Source: the human T2T-CHM13v2.0 reference genome, Homo sapiens
Direction: 5' to 3' (one strand)
Length of the DNA: 64,000 bases
Assembly (NCBI RefSeq): GCF_009914755.1
Contig: NC_060936.1
Shown in pieces: positions 55,844 through 64,000 of this stretch (positions are counted from its first letter, which is position 1; every line of letters begins with the position of its first letter). A model generated the notes under the pieces. It ran no database searches and was not told the DNA's origin. It saw only the letters and a list, made by a program, of their open reading frames with translations. The translations under genes and the position numbers were made by a program.

Positions 55844-56599
55844 TTTCTGAATAAAAAATGCCCCTTGAGTATAACTAACATATAATATGAAACATATGCA
55901 TAAAGAATGGTAATCCAATTTTCCTATATATTTACATATCTTTCTCTCTCTTTTTCTTTCTCTAATATTCACCCTGAAATATTAAGTATTTACCTTGAGC
56001 TATAAAGCATTAAACATTTAAAAGTATTAAATCAAAACAGAAAGAAAATAAAATGTATTTCTTAGAAGTTTCTTTTTTAAGTTTATCATAAGTATAAAAT
56101 GTTTGAATTGGATTTCAGAAGCAACATGTAAATACTTGGGACACTTAATTATAAATAATTCATGTAAAAAGATTAAAATAATGAAATGGAAGTATATATA
56201 TTTATAGTACAATATAAGTCATTATAAGTTAAAGCTGTAATTTTTAACTCCATGTGAAATTGCCTTGGTAAGTATAAAATTGTGATTTGCAAACCTGGCT
56301 GTGTATCAAAAATCTTCTGATTAAAAGTTTCCAGAGATGAGGTCCAAGAATGTGTATCTCTTCAAAGCTCTGTAAATTATTATGATACACAATAATGGCT
56401 GATAATGCTGCTGTAAATCATTATCTAGACACAGAGACTAGTTTCCAGATTGTCCAAAACTGGACAAACAAAACCTACTACAGAATATTGTCTTAGTGTG
56501 GTTTATTTTGTGGTTAGATATATATTTAGCATGACAATATTCACTAGTTCTGCTTTTATGACCATTTTAAATACTATTGTACTCTAACATGTTTTTGTC

Positions 56600-57120
56600 C
56601 ATTCTCCTTCCCTTTCTTTGCAATTTTGCTGGATCACCTAATTAATTTCAGTCGTTTCTGGTACTCTCTCAATATAAATATCTTCAAAATGTATATAACA
56701 ACTCATTTCTCCGTCTTACCTCCCAAACTGGTATATGAAATTGCCTTCTAACCATCCTCAGATATTCAGAGTCCTCAAATGTAAAGTACTCCTATTCCAT
56801 CTCTAACCCCAATAAAAAGTATCAAAATTTCTGCCTTCCCTATTTTAGGGAACATAACCAGCATCCACAAAAATTAAACAAGAAACAAAGTCCAAATCTC
56901 ACACTTTCATTTTCTGACCTCTCGTAACTTAACAGTCCTTAAGTCACCTTAATTATGCTTCTTAAATTTTAAAGCATGTAAGTCTTTCTCACCACATAAC
57001 TACCTTAGCTCAGACCTTCCACATGTCTCTCTCTGAACATGGAGTCAATTGTTTCCCTCCAATCTGTCTATTCCCTTTACTTCATAGAGTGATATCAAAG
57101 TGATCATACTAAAATATAAT
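56600..57120 (+). mobile_element. L2 fragment
   Basis: Pyrimidine-rich degenerate L2 ORF2 3' part (cttagctcagacc.., agagtgat..aaagtgatcat). Confidence 0.4.
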
Positions 57121-57129
57121 ATTTTTATT

Positions 57130-59330
<2,201 letters not shown>

Positions 59331-59334
59331 CAAA

Positions 59335-59419
59335 TATATATATACAATATATATATAGTATATATATATATAAATATATATATACACATATATATATACA
59401 AATATATAGACATATATAA
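59335..59419. repeat. Imperfect (TA)n microsatellite at the L1 tail
   Basis: Direct reading. Confidence 0.9.
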
Positions 59420-60137
59420 TTTTAACTTGTTATTGATCACCCCAACTCCCTTTAGATAGCTATCAAAATAAATTTCTTACATTTTAACAGCAGTATTTCT
59501 CAAAGGTTCTTCAAAGATCCACCTACTTCTCGAATCATTAAGGGATAAGCTTGTGAAAATACAGAATCTAGGGTCTGTAGATGGTGAGGGAATGCTTTAA
59601 GAAATCATCCACTGAAGACCAACTAGATGCTGAAAAGATGCAATTTTTGAGGCTTTGGTGGTATTGTAAGAATTGGAAGAGTTTTTCAAGAACACTCCTG
59701 AAGTAAATATAATACTTTTTTGAAAGCTGGCACCAGATCTACAAGCCCAGATATAAGTTGATGGGAGAAATTTTCCAGAGATTGGCTACTCAGACTATTA
59801 TTGATATTGGATTAGTAAATTTGAGCCAATTTCTGAACCTGGTATTCTTATATGATGACAAGAAATTTGAGGAGAGCTAAAATGCAACCAATTCAGGCAT
59901 GTCACCTGTTGTCTAATTGAAACAAATGCAAATCTTCTTTGTACAAAGATTATGCCAGTTTAGTCTCATATGCATCTTCCAGATGAAGATATAACACTGT
60001 TCTTATAGTAAAATATTAGCAAACACACATGAAGGCAACTACCTTATTTAAATAAAGAAATAACAATAATAATAAATTTATATATATATATCTTATAGGA
60101 CTGTGGTTATTGAAAATGAAAAAAACACAATATATAG

Positions 60138-60512
60138 TGTGATGGTTAATACTGAGTGTCAACTTGATTGGATTGAAGGATGCAAAGAATTGATCTTGGG
60201 TGTGTCTGTGAGGATGTTGCCAAAGAGATTAACATTTGAGACAATGGGATGGGAAAGGCAGAAATACCCTTAATCTTGGTGGACACAATCTAATCAGCTG
60301 TCAGTATGGCTAGAACATAAAGCAGGAAGAAAAACATAAAAGGACAAGACTGGCCTACCCTCCCAGCCTACATCGTTCTCTCGTGCTGGACCCTTCCTGC
60401 CCTTGAACTTCTGACTCCAAGTTCTTCAGTTTGGGGACTCAGGCTGTCTCTGCTTACTCCTCACATACATATCCCATTAATTCTGTCCCTCTAGAGAACC
60501 CTGACTAATAAA
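60138..60512 (+). mobile_element. MLT2A 5' LTR of HERV-L (appears internally shortened)
   Basis: TGTGATGGTTAATACTGAGTGTCAACTTGATTGGATTG...ctagagaaccctgactaata, followed by the Leu-type PBS tggtaccagg at 60517. Confidence 0.9.
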
Positions 60513-63500
60513 GATTTGGTACCAGGTGTGGTTATAAAGGAACAGAATATTAAGGATAACATTCTTTCATTTGTTTTGGGGTTTCTGGAGTTGGCTGTTT
60601 AATATGATTAGACCCAAAAATGCTAAGGACTTTACTTCTAATAGTATGGAGGACACTGATAGTCTTTGGCATGAACAGTTTAGAGAGTTATGCAAAATAA
60701 ATACATTTGAGACTCCTGATTCACCACTCATGAGAGGCAAGGAGTTTAGTGACTCTATACATAATACATTTGATCATATATGGAGAACCAAGGAACCTAA
60801 TGAAACTGGTTGGTTGCTCCTAGTTCAGTGGACAAAGTGATGAAAGAAAATGATGAACTCAGGATTGTAACTCCCAGCTTCAGAAAGATACTGAGCTACA
60901 AATCTGCTAAGGTTGCCCTGAATAAGAGCCTTATCTCCTGTAGAGAAAGAGCTGAAATTGTGGAAAAACAGACACAAGATCTTATCATGCAAGTGGCTGA
61001 TGTGCAATGAAAGGTGCATGCACAGCTTTGCCAGGTGTCTACTGTTAAAGTGAGGGTATTGACTGGAAAAGAATGAGACCCTGCAACTTGGAATGGGGAT
61101 GTGTGGGGGGACCATGATGAAGCTGGGGACATTGAGTTTGTAAACTCTGATGAACCGTTTTGCCAGAAGAAACAGCTTCCCCATCCCCAGTAGTGGCAAC
61201 ATCTCCTCCCCAACCCAGGCTGCCATCAGCCTTTCCACCTTTGTCTGAGGAGATAAGCCCTGCACTGCCTAAGGCAACAGTGATGGTCCCGCCTGAGGAA
61301 GTTGCCAGGCAAGATAATGTTGATTCTCCTCAGGATCCACCCCAACACCCCATTTGCTTCTAAACCTATAATTAGACTAAAGTCCAGGCAGGCCACTAGA
61401 GGTGAGGTTAAGAGTGTTACCCATGAGGCGGTGCACTACACTTGAAAAGAACTGCTTGAGTTTTCTAATTTATATAAGCAGAAATTTGGAAAACAGTCAT
61501 GGGAATATATACTAAGGGTGTAATATAATGGTGGAAGGAACATATAGTTGGATCAGGCTGAATTTAATGATTTGGGCCCACTAAGTAGGGACTCTGCATT
61601 TAATGTTGCAGCTTGGGGAGTTAAAAAGGGTTCTAATAGTTTATTTGCTTGGTAAGCTGAAATAGGAATTGCAAGATGGCCCACTGTGAGTGAGCTGGAA
61701 ATGCCTGATCTCCCTTGGTTTAATGTAGAGGAAGGGACCCAAAGGATTAGGGAGATTGGAATGGTGGAGTGGATTAGTCACTTTAGACCTACTCACCCCA
61801 GCTGAAAGTGTCCAGAAGATGTACAGTTTAACAATGCATTGCAAAATAGATTTGCGAGGTCAGCACCTGCATCTTTGGGGGGCCCTGTAATTGCTCTTCT
61901 CTGTGTGTCTGATCTAACTGTGGGAATCACAGTCACCCAACTACAAAACTTAAATCCAATGGGAATAATTGGATCCCGAGATGGCAGGGGCCAAGGGCTG
62001 GTAATCAACCATCAAAGGCAAGGTGGACGAGCTTCCGTAATGGACAGCAGGGGCAAAGCAGCAATCAGAATAGTTTGACTCTTGTAGCACTCCGGCATTG
62101 GCTAAGTAATCACCGTGATCCCATAAGTGAAATTGATAGAAAGCCTACTGCATTCCTACTTAATTTGTATAAGCAGAAAACTTTTAGGTCAAATGGACTA
62201 AAGACTAATTTGAATTATAAAAACAGAGAAGGAAATCACAGCCTCTCAATTACTTTCCAGACTTGAGCCAGTTTACAGACCCAGAATCCCCTGAATAAAG
62301 GGGATGCTGGGTCCCCTTGAGGAAGGACCCCACTACACTACTGACACTTTATGCTATTAATCTTTGTCCCATTCGTCTCCAAGGAGAACTCTAGCTTTTA
62401 ACAGGGCAACTGTGCACTGGGGAAAGGGAAATGATCAGATACCTCAGGGACTACTGAACACTGGCTCTGAGTTGACACTGATTCTTGGGGACCCAAAATG
62501 TCATTGTGGATCTCCAGTTAAAGTAGAGTTTTATGGATGTCATGTAATTAATGGAGTTGTAGTTGAGGTCTGACTTGAAGTGGGACCAATGGGTCCCCAG
62601 ATTCATCTTGTGGTCATTTCCCCAGTACCGGAATATGTAATTGGCATAGATATTCTTAGCAGCTGGCACAACCCTCACATTGGCTCCCTGACTGGTAGGG
62701 TGAGGGCTATTATGGGAGGAAAGGCCAAATGGAAGCCATTAGAGCTGCCTCTACCTAGAAAAATTTTAAATCAAAAACAATATGCATCCCAGCAGGGATT
62801 GTGGAGACTAGTGTCATCATCAAGGACTTGAAAGATGCAGGAGTGCTAATCCCTACAAAATCCCTATTCAACTCTCCCATTTGGCCTGTACAGAAGACAA
62901 ATGGATCTTGGAGAATGACAGTGGATTATTGTAAGCTTAACCAAGTGGTGACTCCAATTGCAGTTGCTGTACCAGATATGGTTTCATTGCTTGAGCAAAT
63001 TAACACATCTTCTTGTACCTCATATGCAGCCATTGACTTGGCAAATGCCTTTTTTTCTCCATTCCTGTTCATAAGGCCCACCAGAAGCAATTTGCCTTCA
63101 GCTGGCAAGGCCAGCAATATACATTTACTGTCCTAATTCAGGGGTGTATCAACTCTCCAGCTTTGTGTCATAATCTTATTCAGAGATACCTTGATTGCAT
63201 TTCACTTCTACAAAATATCACACTGGTGCATTACATTGATGACGTTATGCTGATAGAATCCGGTGAGGAAGAAGTAAAAAACAGACTGGACTTATTGGTG
63301 AGGTATTTGCATGCCAGAGGATGAACTATAAATCCTACTAAAATTCAGAGACCTTCTACCTCAGTAAAATTTCTAGGGATCCAGTGGTAAGGAGCCTTTT
63401 GAGATATTCCTTCTAAGGTGAAGGATAAGTGGCTACATTTGGCCCCTCCTATAACCAGGAAAGAGGCACAAGAAAGAGGCCTAGTGGACCTATTTGAATT

Positions 63501-64000
63501 TTGGAGGCTACACATTCCTCATTTGGGGGTGTTACTCCAGCCCATTTATCGAGTGACCTGAAAGACTGCCAGTTTTGAGTGGAGTCCAGAACAGGAGAAG
63601 GCTCTGTAAGAAGGTCAGGCAGCTGTGCAAGCCACTCTGCCACTTGGGTCATATGACTCAGCAGATCTAATGGAGCCTCTAGAATTTTGGAGCAAGTCCC
63701 TGCCATCTTCTGTATATGCCTCTCCTTTTGAGAGGCAGCTTTTGGCCTGTTACTGGGCTTTTGTGGAAGCTGAACATTTGAGTATGGGTTGTCTAGTCAC
63801 CATGAGACCTGAAATGCCTAACATGAACTGGGTGCTTTCTAACCCATGTAGCCATAAAGTGGATCATGCACAGCAGCATTCCATCATCTAATGGAAGTGA
63901 TATATATGTGATCAGGCTCAAGCAGTTCCTGAAGGCACAATTAAATTGCATGAGGAAGTGGCTCCAATGCCCATGGTCTCCATTTCTGGTACCCTACCTT
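60513..64000 (+). mobile_element. HERV-L internal region (gag, pro, RT, RNase H remnants), continuing beyond the window
   Basis: GLLNTGSELTLI and IGIDIL (protease); [27 protein letters not shown] and HYIDD (RT); FERQLLACYW (RNase H); many stops and frameshifts. Confidence 0.92.

Overview
Primate (catarrhine, probably human or another ape) genomic DNA. It is AT-rich, gene-poor and dominated by transposable elements; I recognise no host protein-coding exon, RNA gene or prokaryotic feature. It contains several L1s (L1MC, L1PB, L1PA; two near full length), five Alus, MIR/L2 fragments, DNA-transposon fossils (MER63, MER82, MER33, MER20, MER53-like) and solo LTRs (MLT2, MER52, THE1/MST). There are three defective proviruses: HERV-S/HERVL18 (LTR18A, 13987-17584, +), ERV9 (LTR12, 48343-53985, -) and HERV-L (MLT2A, 60138 to window end, +). 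Almost all listed ORFs are decayed retroelement frames or their antisense shadows. Best leads: (1) junction evidence that a ~6.6-kb block (29402-36001) is inverted and splits one twin-primed L1PA; (2) an internal deletion in HERV-S that fuses pol in frame to a still-open env transmembrane frame with an intact immunosuppressive domain; (3) a perfect CTCF core in unique DNA; (4) a unique ~300-bp segment bracketed by a 21-bp inverted repeat. Family and subfamily names come from recalled consensus sequences, not a database search. I cannot support a genuinely new biological system from sequence alone.
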